Part shown: one piece after another, positions 33,882-42,390 of the stretch
Layout: every line of letters begins with the position of its first letter
Numbering within the stretch: position 1 is the stretch's first letter
Origin: Gammaproteobacteria bacterium
GTDB lineage: Bacteria; Pseudomonadota; Gammaproteobacteria; Magnimaribacterales; D2472
DNA: 64,000 bases
Direction: 5' to 3'
Assembly: GCA_038108875.1 (NCBI GenBank)
Contig: JAYNII010000005.1
Coordinates: 663 to 64,662 of the forward strand
Program-made: the position numbers and the translations under genes
Notes under the pieces: model-generated
The model's input: only the letters and a program-made list of their open reading frames with translations
What the model was told of the DNA's origin: nothing
Database searches by the model: none

Positions 33882-34196
33882 ATGTACGCTGTAATCAAAA
33901 CAGGTGGCAAACAACACAAAGTTGAAGTAGATCAAACCTTTGAAGTTGAGTTGCTCAACAAAAATGCTGGCGATGAAGTCGTTTTTGACGAAGTGTTGCT
34001 TGTATCAGATGGAGAAAATGTTTCTATCGGACAACCATTACTAGAAAAAGCCAGTGTAAAAGCTATGGTTGTCGAAGAAACTAAAGGTAATAAGCTTACT
34101 ATTTTAAGATTTCGTCGAAGAAAGCACAGTATGAGAACTCAAGGACATCGTCAAAGATTCCATAAAGTTCAAGTAACTGAGATTTTAGTAGGGTAA
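33882..34196 (+). CDS. rplU: 50S ribosomal protein L21
   Basis: 104 aa with [15 protein letters not shown]-terminus. Confidence 0.98.
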   Translation: MYAVIKTGGKQHKVEVDQTFEVELLNKNAGDEVVFDEVLLVSDGENVSIGQPLLEKASVKAMVVEETKGNKLTILRFRRRKHSMRTQGHRQRFHKVQVTEILVG

Positions 34197-34200
34197 CAAT

Positions 34201-34458
34201 ATGGCACATAAGAAAGCTGGTGGATCAAGTAGAAATGGAAGAGATTCGCAATCTAAAAGATTGGGGGTCAAGAGATTTGGTGGACAGGTTGTGAAAGCTG
34301 GCGAGATTCTTATTCGTCAGCGTGGAACCAATGCTCATGCAGGTGAAAATGTCGGCATGGGAAAAGACCATACTCTATTTGCTAAAATCGATGGTGTAGT
34401 AACTTTTACCTATAAAGGTCCAAATCAAAGAAAAACAGTAAACGTTTTATCAGCATAA
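34201..34458 (+). CDS. rpmA: 50S ribosomal protein L27
   Basis: 85 aa with [25 protein letters not shown]-terminus. Confidence 0.99.
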   Translation: MAHKKAGGSSRNGRDSQSKRLGVKRFGGQVVKAGEILIRQRGTNAHAGENVGMGKDHTLFAKIDGVVTFTYKGPNQRKTVNVLSA

Positions 34459-34459
34459 A

Positions 34460-35455
34460 ATGAACTACATCGATGAAGCTCTGATTGAAATCAGAGCTGG
34501 CAACGGTGGATCTGGCTGTCTTAGCTTCAGAAGAGAAAAATTTATTCCCCGGGGAGGACCAGATGGTGGAGACGGTGGTCGTGGGGGGAATATAGTCATT
34601 CATGTTGATGCAAGCATTAATACTCTAAGCGACTTTCATCATAAAAAATTAATCCAAGCTCAAAACGGAAGACCTGGTTCAGGCAAGAATAGAACTGGAG
34701 CAGATGGGAATAATTTAATTCTTCAAGTTCCAGTAGGAACCTTAGTTTTAGATCAGGCTACTAACAATCTAATTCTTGATTGTTGTGAACAGAGTAAACA
34801 ATATACTTTAGCCAAAGGCGGTGAAGGCGGTTTAGGCAATGCAAGGTTCAAATCTAGTACAAACCAAGCGCCAAGAAGAACTACCAAAGGGGAACAGGGC
34901 GAACAACTATTTATTAAATTGGAGCTTCAATCTCTTGCTGATGTCGGCCTCGTAGGTTTCCCAAATGCAGGGAAGTCTACTTTTTTAAGCTCAGTTTCTG
35001 CAGCGAGACCAAAGGTTGGCGATTACCCTTTTACAACCCTTCGTCCTAATCTAGGTACAGTCAAAATGGGCTACGGAACAATGGTAATAGCAGACATACC
35101 AGGAATTATAGAAGGCGCTTCAGATGGTCTTGGATTAGGCTTAAGATTTCTAAAGCATATATCGAGAACTAAAACACTCCTCTTTTTGTTAGATCCAAAC
35201 AATCTTGAAATGTCTTTAATAAAACAGTTTGAATCTTTGTTAAAAGAGTTAAAAAAATATGATGCTAGATTACTAGAGAAAAATTTATTTGTGGCTATTA
35301 ACAAAAGTGATGTGATTGTTGATTCAAAAAAGATAATGAGTGATTTTGAAAAGAGTGTTGCTAAATTTAATTTAAAAGGGACGCATCTTATTTCAGCCTT
35401 AACAACAAAGGGAGTAAAAGTACTTCTTGAGAAGATTTTTAGTTCTTTAAATTAA
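34460..35455 (+). CDS. obg: GTPase Obg/CgtA (short form)
   Basis: 331 aa. Obg fold (AGNGGSGCLSFRREKF, Gly-rich repeats) and G domain (GFPNAGKST, DIPG, NKSD). Ends right after the G domain. Confidence 0.97.
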   Translation: MNYIDEALIEIRAGNGGSGCLSFRREKFIPRGGPDGGDGGRGGNIVIHVDASINTLSDFHHKKLIQAQNGRPGSGKNRTGADGNNLILQVPVGTLVLDQATNNLILDCCEQSKQYTLAKGGEGGLGNARFKSSTNQAPRRTTKGEQGEQLFIKLELQSLADVGLVGFPNAGKSTFLSSVSAARPKVGDYPFTTLRPNLGTVKMGYGTMVIADIPGIIEGASDGLGLGLRFLKHISRTKTLLFLLDPNNLEMSLIKQFESLLKELKKYDARLLEKNLFVAINKSDVIVDSKKIMSDFEKSVAKFNLKGTHLISALTTKGVKVLLEKIFSSLN

Positions 35456-35718
35456 GAATTTAAAGCTTTTAGAGCTTTAGCAAGCCTGCTTTTTAGTCTT
35501 GCTGCTTTATTTCTATGAATTACTTTCTTTGAAGCAGTAGAATCAAGAATTTTTTCAGCATTCGCAAAAGCAATTTTAGCAGCGTCTGCATTTTTTCCAG
35601 AAATTGCGTTTTTTACTGCCTTAACACTAGTTCGAGCCTTAGACCTTTGAGCATGCTTTAAAATGTAACGGGCATCGTTTTGCTTTGCTCGTTTGATAGA
35701 TTGTTTTGAATTAGCCAT
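35452..35718 (-). CDS. rpsT: 30S ribosomal protein S20
   Basis: ATG at 35718 gives MANSKQSIKRAKQ, which matches the S20 N-terminus (88 aa). The ORF-track start at 35754 adds 12 unlikely residues. Confidence 0.93.
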   Translation of the reverse strand: MANSKQSIKRAKQNDARYILKHAQRSKARTSVKAVKNAISGKNADAAKIAFANAEKILDSTASKKVIHRNKAARLKSRLAKALKALNS

Positions 35719-35749
35719 AATTAGTTGCGCTAGTTTAATTATCTTAAAT

Positions 35750-35780
35750 AGCAATGTCTACATTTTACATTGCTTTTTTT
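35750..35780. terminator. Hairpin plus T-tract (canonical intrinsic terminator geometry on the + strand; also lies just 3' of ssrA on the - strand)
   Basis: AGCAATG (35750-35756), 11-nt loop, CATTGCT (35768-35774), then TTTTTT (35775-35780). On the - strand the same hairpin is followed only by ATTTAAG. Confidence 0.55.
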
Positions 35781-35782
35781 AT

Positions 35783-36130
35783 TGGTGGAGGCGGCGGGAA
35801 TTGAACCCGCGTCCATCTGATTTTCCACTTCACTTCTACATGCATAGCTCTCTCTTTAAAATTCCCATCACGGCCCGAGGAGCAGGGCGATTCAGGTTAG
35901 CCTAGGATTTTATTCTTACAGCCCCTTTTTTAGGCAAAAAGAAGCTGCCAGTCCATGTGAGCGACCAATACTTTGGACCATGGACCATCCTTGTATTGGT
36001 TAGCCAATTAAGCGGCTAAAGCGTAGTTGTTATTTGCAACTAGATTTTTGAGATATTTATTTACAAGACTTATCTCAATCTTGGCATGCGGTTTGGTTTC
36101 CCATACAAATGTCGAACCCAATACGCCCCC
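35783..36130 (-). ncRNA. ssrA: tmRNA (SsrA), one-piece
   Basis: The reverse complement starts GGGGGCGTATTGGGTTCGACA and ends CGCGGGTTCAATTCCCGCCGCCTCCACCA. Acceptor stem carries a G3-U pair. Internal tag frame present. Directly downstream of smpB. Confidence 0.95.
36008..36037 (-). other. tmRNA tag reading frame encoding ANNNYALAA-stop
   Basis: Reverse complement reads GCA AAT AAC AAC TAC GCT TTA GCC GCT TAA, preceded by CAAAAATCTAGTT. This resembles the E. coli resume-codon context. Confidence 0.85.
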
Positions 36131-36142
36131 AATGGGACGTGA

Positions 36143-36148
36143 ATTATA
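36143..36148 (-). promoter_or_regulatory. Candidate -10 element of an ssrA promoter
   Basis: Perfect TATAAT on the - strand, 12 nt upstream of the mature tmRNA 5' end. No good -35 (TACTCA at 17 nt). AT-rich background makes this weak. Confidence 0.3.
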
Positions 36149-36158
36149 TAGAAAAAAT

Positions 36159-36626
36159 TTATCTATGAGTATTTTTTAGTATTCTATCTTTTTGTCTAGA
36201 CCAATCTCTTTGTTTAATAGTTTCTCTTTGATCATGCTGTTTTTTACCTCGTCCAATTGCAATTTCGACTTTTATCAAATTAGAACTAATAAACACTCTG
36301 GTTAAGATGCAGGTTAAACCTTTTTGCTCAATTTTTGCTTTAATTTGATGTAATTCCTTTTTATGTAACAAGAGCTTTTTAGATCTAAGAGAGTTATCTT
36401 TATCTATATGCAAAGAAGGTGGTGGATCAATTTTCATGCCAATAATGTAAGCTTCATTATTCTTGATATTGATATAGCTATCTTTTATATCTACCTTACC
36501 TTCTCTTAGGCTTTTCACTTCCCAGCCATTAAGAACTATCCCAGCTTGAAAGATTTCATCAAGAAAATAGTTCCTTTTTGCAGTCTTGTTCAAAGCAATT
36601 GAATTATCTGGTTTAGCTTTACCCAT
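36159..36626 (-). CDS. smpB: SsrA-binding protein SmpB
   Basis: 155 aa with NKTAKRNYFLDEIFQAGIVLNGWEVKSLR motif. Adjacent to ssrA. Confidence 0.98.
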   Translation of the reverse strand: MGKAKPDNSIALNKTAKRNYFLDEIFQAGIVLNGWEVKSLREGKVDIKDSYINIKNNEAYIIGMKIDPPPSLHIDKDNSLRSKKLLLHKKELHQIKAKIEQKGLTCILTRVFISSNLIKVEIAIGRGKKQHDQRETIKQRDWSRQKDRILKNTHR

Positions 36627-36655
36627 GAATTTATATTACCATTTACGATAATTTT

Positions 36656-37063
36656 ATGAATCAAACTAATCTTATATATTTTGCGCTGGCTGTCTGTGTT
36701 GGTGTGACTTTAATGCCATGGATCCTTTCCATAGATGTTTTTAAGGCCGGTTATTTTTTAAATGGGATAATTGCAATCATTTGTTCATTCCTAGGGGGTT
36801 TGTCATGGAGCTGGAAGGAAGCTAATCCTGTAATAGGAATCTTGATCTCTTTTCTAGCTATACTAATTATTTTGGTCCCAAATATTTATGTTAGTTTTTT
36901 TATTGGTACCTTTTTGCTAAATTTTGTTTGGTGGTATGAGAGAAGATGCATGGGGGCTTATTTAGAGCAAAACCTCAAATATAAAAAATCTAGAGAGATT
37001 GCAACTTATGTGCTTACAATATGTATTCTCATTTCAGCAACTCTTCAAATAAATCCTTATTAA
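36656..37063 (+). CDS. Small integral membrane protein, function unknown (possibly DUF3429-like)
   Basis: 135 aa with about 4 hydrophobic helices. The SFLGGLSWSW motif recalls the SFLGGxxW motif of DUF3429 proteins; this is from memory and unverified. Confidence 0.6.
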   Translation: MNQTNLIYFALAVCVGVTLMPWILSIDVFKAGYFLNGIIAIICSFLGGLSWSWKEANPVIGILISFLAILIILVPNIYVSFFIGTFLLNFVWWYERRCMGAYLEQNLKYKKSREIATYVLTICILISATLQINPY

Positions 37064-37064
37064 G

Positions 37065-38396
37065 ATGAATAGACAAACTTTAACTTGGGTAGGCAAATGG
37101 ACATTTATCTTAGCAGCAGCAGGCTCTGCTGTTGGTTTGGGAAATATATGGGGGTTTCCATATAAAGCAGGTACCAATGGGGGAGGCGCATTTGTATTAA
37201 TTTACCTTGCATGTATTTTAAGTATTGGTTTGCCCATAATGATCTCAGAAATTATGTTGGGTAAAAGATACAGAGGAAGTCCTGTTTCAACTTTAAGAGC
37301 CGCTTCGATTGAGTCCAACAATTCTCCAATTTGGGAAATTATTGGTTGGGGTGGGCTGATTGCTGGGATTTTTATATTAAGCTTTTATAGCGTTCTTGCT
37401 GGTATTTGTTTGGATTATATTTTTATATCCTTAGGGCTTAAGGGACAAATTGATTCATTGGCTATGTTTCAACAGGTTACTTCTTCACCATTACAGCTAC
37501 TTTTTTGGCACAGTGCATTTATTATTATTACAGCTTGGATAATTGCTGCAGGAGTTATTTCTGGCATTGAAAGAATGGTAAAACTTCTGATGCCTCTGTT
37601 ATTTGCTTTGATGATTTTGATGGTGATAAATGCATTTATTAATGGTAATTTCTCTCAAGCAGTAAGTTATTTATTTTCACCTGATTTTTCTGCAGTCACA
37701 GCAAATACTTTTTTGAGTGCTATGGGCCAAGCCTTTTTTAGTTTGAGTCTTGGAATGGGTGCTATTATGTGCTACGGAGCATACATGTCTGCAGAACAAG
37801 ATATATATGAATCCTCAAGCATAGTAGCAGGACTCGACACACTTATTGCATTGTTAGCTGGCTTAGCGATTTTTCCAATAATTTTTGCATACGGAGTCGA
37901 GCCTAACAGCGGTCCAGGGCTTGTGTTTATTAGCCTGTTATCGATCTTTGCTGATTTACCTTTCGGGAATATAGTAGGCGGCTTATTTTTTTTACTTTTA
38001 TCAATTGCTGCTTTAAGTAGTTCCATATCACTTTTAGAACCAAGCGTTGCATACTTGTCTGAAAACAAAATTATAACTAGGCCTATAGCATCAATTCTAT
38101 TATCAGGAATTGCTTGGTTTATAGGATTGGGAAGCTTATTGAGCTTTAATTTATGGAGCGATATTAGTTTTATCGGTTCAAGGAACTTCTTAGATTCGAT
38201 GGATCTAATAGCCAATCAGTTTTTATTACCTTTAGGAGGTTTATTTGTAGCTATTTATGCTGGTTGGAAACTAAATCCCTCCATTGCAAAATCAGAATTA
38301 GGGGGTTCTGTTTTTGTATTCAATCTATGGAGATTCTTTATACGCTATGTTTCCCCAGTTTTAGTGTTTGCAATATTTGTATTTCAGTTTATTTAA
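37065..38396 (+). CDS. Sodium-dependent transporter, NSS/SNF family
   Basis: 443 aa, polytopic. N-terminal NSS signature AAGSAVGLGNIWGFPY. Starts 1 nt after the preceding membrane gene. Substrate unknown. Confidence 0.88.
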   Translation: MNRQTLTWVGKWTFILAAAGSAVGLGNIWGFPYKAGTNGGGAFVLIYLACILSIGLPIMISEIMLGKRYRGSPVSTLRAASIESNNSPIWEIIGWGGLIAGIFILSFYSVLAGICLDYIFISLGLKGQIDSLAMFQQVTSSPLQLLFWHSAFIIITAWIIAAGVISGIERMVKLLMPLLFALMILMVINAFINGNFSQAVSYLFSPDFSAVTANTFLSAMGQAFFSLSLGMGAIMCYGAYMSAEQDIYESSSIVAGLDTLIALLAGLAIFPIIFAYGVEPNSGPGLVFISLLSIFADLPFGNIVGGLFFLLLSIAALSSSISLLEPSVAYLSENKIITRPIASILLSGIAWFIGLGSLLSFNLWSDISFIGSRNFLDSMDLIANQFLLPLGGLFVAIYAGWKLNPSIAKSELGGSVFVFNLWRFFIRYVSPVLVFAIFVFQFI

Positions 38397-38399
38397 TTT

Positions 38400-38816
38400 A
38401 TGCAAAAATTTTCATTTCAGCACATTATTCATGCTGATTCAGAAAAGGTATTCCAAAATATTTCTGATTTTTCTAGCTACAAGTATTTTTTACCTGGATG
38501 TCTAGACTCTCATTTAATTTCTAAAGATGCAGATAAGATAATAGGTTTTCTTAGTTTCGAGATTTTATCAAAAATATACTCCATTACTTCAGAAAATAGA
38601 GTTACAAAAGACACAATTACTATTCGTCAATTAGATGGACCATTTAAAAAATTTCAAGCAACTTGGACAATTATTTCCCTTGGCCAAGGACATACTAAAG
38701 CTTGTCTTGTTGCAGAGCTATCAGTGCCAATTGTTTATAGAACAATTATCAACGAAAAAACTGCTAAGTTTTTTTCATCAAAATTTATATCGGCCTTTGA
38801 AAATTATCTAAAATGA
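38400..38816 (+). CDS. ratA: SRPBCC/START-fold protein, RatA (YfjG)/Coq10-like
   Basis: 138 aa with YKYFLPGC motif as in RatA-family proteins. Followed by rnfH as in E. coli and Pseudomonas. Confidence 0.8.
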   Translation: MQKFSFQHIIHADSEKVFQNISDFSSYKYFLPGCLDSHLISKDADKIIGFLSFEILSKIYSITSENRVTKDTITIRQLDGPFKKFQATWTIISLGQGHTKACLVAELSVPIVYRTIINEKTAKFFSSKFISAFENYLK

Positions 38817-39094
38817 GAGTATTTCTTTCAATTCAACATCCTAACCTAAAGGTTATTCAGGAGATAGAAGTTTCAAATCGGGCAACTGCTGCTGAGATTT
38901 TGAACCTCTCTGAAATTAGCAAACTCATTAAATCTCTTGATTTTCAATACATTGTTGGTGTTAATGGAGAAGTTCTAGATGGAAAGTATTTTCCAAAACC
39001 TGAAGACTACAGACTTAAGCCAAATGACAGGGTAGAGATTTTAAGAGAGTTATATCAAGACCCTAAAGTAAGAAGAAAAAAGAAAGTTAGTTAG
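38813..39094 (+). CDS. rnfH: RnfH (YfjF) family ubiquitin-fold protein
   Basis: 93 aa with C-terminal DRVEILRELYQDPKVRRKKK matching the RnfH family. ATGA overlap with the ratA-like gene. Confidence 0.85.
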   Translation: MRVFLSIQHPNLKVIQEIEVSNRATAAEILNLSEISKLIKSLDFQYIVGVNGEVLDGKYFPKPEDYRLKPNDRVEILRELYQDPKVRRKKKVS

Positions 39095-39407
39095 AAGCCA
39101 TATCTTCTAAAACCCAGTCTTTCAATTTGTCATTTATGTCAAAATTCAATACAAGCTTTCTTTCAGTGAGGGTGTTGTCACCAATCTTAACTGAATAAAA
39201 GTAGTACCAGGTTTGATTATGAAACGGGCTATTGATTAACGGTGTTCCAAGAACATATTGGACTTGTTCTTTGGATAATCCCGCTTGAAGCTTGGCCACT
39301 TCCTCATCTTCAATAATATTACCCTGAGGAATAGGGACCTTATAGGGCTCAAAAGTAGAGCATGAAAATAAAGCAAGGCTCGAGAGAAGAAGGATGAATT
39401 GTTTCAT
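39087..39407 (-). CDS. bamE: Outer-membrane assembly lipoprotein BamE (SmpA/OmlA)
   Basis: 106 aa with signal peptide and lipobox LFSC. GLSKEQVQYVLGTP motif. Divergent from fur, as omlA is in Pseudomonas. Confidence 0.9.
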   Translation of the reverse strand: MKQFILLLSSLALFSCSTFEPYKVPIPQGNIIEDEEVAKLQAGLSKEQVQYVLGTPLINSPFHNQTWYYFYSVKIGDNTLTERKLVLNFDINDKLKDWVLEDMASN

Positions 39408-39456
39408 AGACGGATTTGATTATACTTACTAATAGATTAAATAAAAATATAGTTCC

Positions 39457-39867
39457 ATGAACAAAGAAAATATTGAGTTAAAAAAAGCTGGTTTAAAAGC
39501 AACCTTGCCAAGAATAAGAATTCTAGAAGTTTTAGAACAACACAAGGATGATCATCTAAGCGCAGAAGATATTTACAAAGAACTTATTAAATTGGGCGAA
39601 GATGTTGGTTTGGCAACAGTTTATAGAGTGCTAACCCAGTTTGAATCAGCTGGGATGATCATGAGGCATAATTTTGAAGAGGGAAGAGCCATTTATGAGT
39701 TAACTCCAGATGATCATCATGATCATATGGTTTGTCTTGATTCTGGGAAAGTTATTGAATTTCATGATGACATAATTGAAAAGAGACAAGAAGAAATTGC
39801 TCAATCCTATGGATATGAGTTAATTGATCACTCAATGGTATTGTACGTAAGACCAAAAAAAACTTAA
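39457..39867 (+). CDS. fur: Ferric uptake regulator
   Basis: 136 aa. Winged-helix N-terminus (GLKATLPRIRILEVL), HHDHMVC metal site. Confidence 0.96.
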   Translation: MNKENIELKKAGLKATLPRIRILEVLEQHKDDHLSAEDIYKELIKLGEDVGLATVYRVLTQFESAGMIMRHNFEEGRAIYELTPDDHHDHMVCLDSGKVIEFHDDIIEKRQEEIAQSYGYELIDHSMVLYVRPKKT

Positions 39868-39876
39868 TAAAATAAC

Positions 39877-39904
39877 CTTGAACTAAGAAATTTTTACCCC
39901 ATAT
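39877..39904 (+). promoter_or_regulatory. Sigma32 (RpoH)-type heat-shock promoter of grpE-dnaK-dnaJ
   Basis: CTTGAAC (39877-39883), 13-nt spacer, CCCCATAT (39897-39904). Compare the E. coli consensus CTTGAAA-N13/14-CCCCATnT. Lies 19 nt upstream of the grpE ATG. Confidence 0.7.
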
Positions 39905-39922
39905 CTTAGAAAAGGAAAAGTT

Positions 39923-40456
39923 ATGGGGAAATCTAAAAATAATAAACCTATTGCTGACTCAGCAAACCTAGATTCAGGGGTTGACTCTAATACTCAATCT
40001 GCTGTTAAAGATGAGCCACAGGAATTATTTGCAGAGACTATTAAACTTTTAGAGGACAAATGTTTAAGGTTGAGTGCTGAAATTGAAAATATGCACAAAC
40101 GGCATGCTGTTGAGATTGAAAAAGCACACAAATTTGGTTTAGAGCATTTTGTTAGAGAGCTTCTAGTTGTTATCGATAATCTTGAGCAAGCACTAAAAAG
40201 TTTCGTATCATCAAACACTTCAGATAGAGAGGGTATTGAACTTACATTAAAGTCTTTTGAAAACATCCTTGATAAATTTGGAATAAGACCTATTAACCCT
40301 AAAGAAGAAAGATTTAATCCTCTAATGCATGAGGCCGTTTCAGTCATAACAAACCAAGATTTAAGCGATGATGACGTTATGGAGGTTTTTCAAAGAGGTT
40401 GGGCTATTAATGAAAGAGTAATTCGACCAGCAAGAGTGGTCGTTGTTAAAAATTAG
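39923..40456 (+). CDS. grpE: Nucleotide exchange factor GrpE
   Basis: 177 aa. Coiled-coil N-terminus and C-terminal FNPLMHEAV...GWAINERVIRPARVVV motif. Confidence 0.97.
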   Translation: MGKSKNNKPIADSANLDSGVDSNTQSAVKDEPQELFAETIKLLEDKCLRLSAEIENMHKRHAVEIEKAHKFGLEHFVRELLVVIDNLEQALKSFVSSNTSDREGIELTLKSFENILDKFGIRPINPKEERFNPLMHEAVSVITNQDLSDDDVMEVFQRGWAINERVIRPARVVVVKN

Positions 40457-40465
40457 GAAATTATT

Positions 40466-42388
40466 ATGTCAAAAATTATTGGAATCGATTTAGGAACTAC
40501 AAATAGCTGTCTTGCGGTTATAGAAGGGGGACAACCTAAGGTAATAGAAAATGCAGAAGGAGGAAGAACTACTCCATCTGTTATCGCTTATACCGATAGC
40601 AGCGAAGTTTTGGTTGGCACTCCAGCAAAAAGACAAGCAGTAACAAACCCTCAAAAAACATTACATGCTATTAAGAGATTAATCGGAAGAAGATTTGAAG
40701 ACGATGTAGTTAAAAAAGATATGGAAATGGTTCCATATAAAATAATTAAAGCTGACAATGGCGATGCTTGGGTTCAGGTAGATGATAAAAAACTTGCTCC
40801 TCCTCAAATATCTGCAGAAATCCTTAAAAAATTAAAAAAGACGGCAGAAAATTATCTAGGCCAAGAAGTTAAAGAAGCAGTTATTACTGTTCCAGCTTAT
40901 TTTAATGATTCACAAAGGCAAGCTACAAAGGATGCTGGGAAAATTGCGGGCTTAGAAGTAAAACGGATAATTAATGAACCTACAGCAGCCGCACTGGCCT
41001 ATGGTCTTGATAAGCATAAAGGGGATTCAGTTGTTGCAGTTTATGATTTAGGCGGGGGTACTTTTGATATCTCTATAATTGAAATATCAGAAGTTGATGG
41101 AGAGCATCAGTTTGAAGTACTTGCTACCAATGGAGATACCTTTTTGGGTGGAGAAGATTTTGATTTAAAGCTCATAGATTATTTTGTTGCACAGTTTAAA
41201 AATGAGTCAGGTTTTGATCTTAAATCAGATCCGCTTGCACTCCAGAGACTTAAAGAGGCTGCAGAAAAAGCAAAAATTGAATTATCCTCAAGTGAGCAAA
41301 CCGAAGTAAATCTTCCCTATATAACTGCAGATGCTTCTGGACCAAAACACTTTGTTCATAAAGTTACAAGGGCAAAACTAGAGTCATTGGTTGAAGAGCT
41401 TGTTGATAAAAGTCTTACACCAGTTAAATTGGCGCTTGAAGATGCAAAACTCTCCATCGGAGATATAAATGAAGTTTTGTTAGTGGGTGGTCAAACAAGA
41501 ATGCCATTAGTGCAGACCAAGGTTAAAAATTTCTTTAAAAAGGAACCCAGAAAAGATCTCAATCCAGATGAGGCAGTAGCAGTTGGAGCTGCAATACAGG
41601 GCTCAGTATTATCTGGAGAAACCAAGGATGTGCTTTTGTTGGATGTGACACCATTAACCCTTGGGATTGAGACTCTTGGAGGTGTCGCAACTCCTCTAAT
41701 TGAGAAAAATACTACAATCCCAACTCAAAAATCACAAATTTTCTCAACCGCTGAAGATAATCAAACAGCTGTGACTGTGCATGTTATTCAAGGAGAAAGA
41801 AAACAGGCCTCTCAGAATAAATCACTTGGACAATTCAATCTAGAGGATATTCCCCCAGCTCAAAGAGGGATGCCGCAAATTGAAGTCTCTTTTGATCTGG
41901 ATGCTAATGGTATATTGAATGTTTCTGCAAAAGATAAAAAAACAGGTAAAGAGCAATCAATAGTAATTAAGGCTTCTAGCGGTTTATCTGACGAAGATAT
42001 TGAGAAGATGATAAAAGATGCTGAAGCAAATGCTGAAGAAGATAGAAAATTTGAAGGTTTGGTTCAGGCAAAAAATAATGCAGATATGCTAATTCATGCT
42101 ACCAGAAAATCAATTAAGGAAGCCGGGGAAAAGCTGAGTGATGCAGAAAAAACTGCAGTAGAGGAATCTGTTAAGATCTTAGAAAACGCAGTTAAATCTG
42201 AAGATTTATCAAAAATTGAAGATGCTACTAAAGCATTAAATGAAACATTAACTCCATTGGCACAAAAGCTTTATTCTGCTCCAGAAGGATCTGAAGCTGT
42301 AGATCCATCTAGCGACCAAAACAGTCAATCAGATGATAATACAGTCGAAGCTGAGTACGAAGAGGTTAAAGAAGAAGATAAATCCTAG
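40466..42388 (+). CDS. dnaK: Molecular chaperone DnaK (Hsp70)
   Basis: 640 aa with [19 protein letters not shown] and [11 protein letters not shown] motifs. Confidence 0.99.
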   Translation: MSKIIGIDLGTTNSCLAVIEGGQPKVIENAEGGRTTPSVIAYTDSSEVLVGTPAKRQAVTNPQKTLHAIKRLIGRRFEDDVVKKDMEMVPYKIIKADNGDAWVQVDDKKLAPPQISAEILKKLKKTAENYLGQEVKEAVITVPAYFNDSQRQATKDAGKIAGLEVKRIINEPTAAALAYGLDKHKGDSVVAVYDLGGGTFDISIIEISEVDGEHQFEVLATNGDTFLGGEDFDLKLIDYFVAQFKNESGFDLKSDPLALQRLKEAAEKAKIELSSSEQTEVNLPYITADASGPKHFVHKVTRAKLESLVEELVDKSLTPVKLALEDAKLSIGDINEVLLVGGQTRMPLVQTKVKNFFKKEPRKDLNPDEAVAVGAAIQGSVLSGETKDVLLLDVTPLTLGIETLGGVATPLIEKNTTIPTQKSQIFSTAEDNQTAVTVHVIQGERKQASQNKSLGQFNLEDIPPAQRGMPQIEVSFDLDANGILNVSAKDKKTGKEQSIVIKASSGLSDEDIEKMIKDAEANAEEDRKFEGLVQAKNNADMLIHATRKSIKEAGEKLSDAEKTAVEESVKILENAVKSEDLSKIEDATKALNETLTPLAQKLYSAPEGSEAVDPSSDQNSQSDDNTVEAEYEEVKEEDKS

Positions 42389-42390
42389 TA

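Noticed and set aside
35693-35905. 70-aa + strand ORF spanning the rpsT start and the tmRNA 3' end
   Set aside because: This region is explained by rpsT (- strand) and by the tmRNA gene, whose acceptor/T-arm sequence is unmistakable. The ORF is spurious.
37772-38215. 147-aa ORF antisense to the NSS transporter gene
   Set aside because: The sense strand encodes an uninterrupted polytopic NSS transporter with family motifs. The antisense product has no recognisable features.
39408-39456. Possible Fur box or autoregulatory site in the bamE/fur divergent spacer (TTGATTATACTTACTAATAGATT)
   Set aside because: By eye it matches only about half of the 19-bp GATAATGATAATCATTATC consensus. That level is expected by chance in AT-rich DNA.
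39994-40347. 117-aa ORF antisense to grpE
   Set aside because: It lies wholly inside grpE, with a Ser/Leu-rich low-complexity translation.
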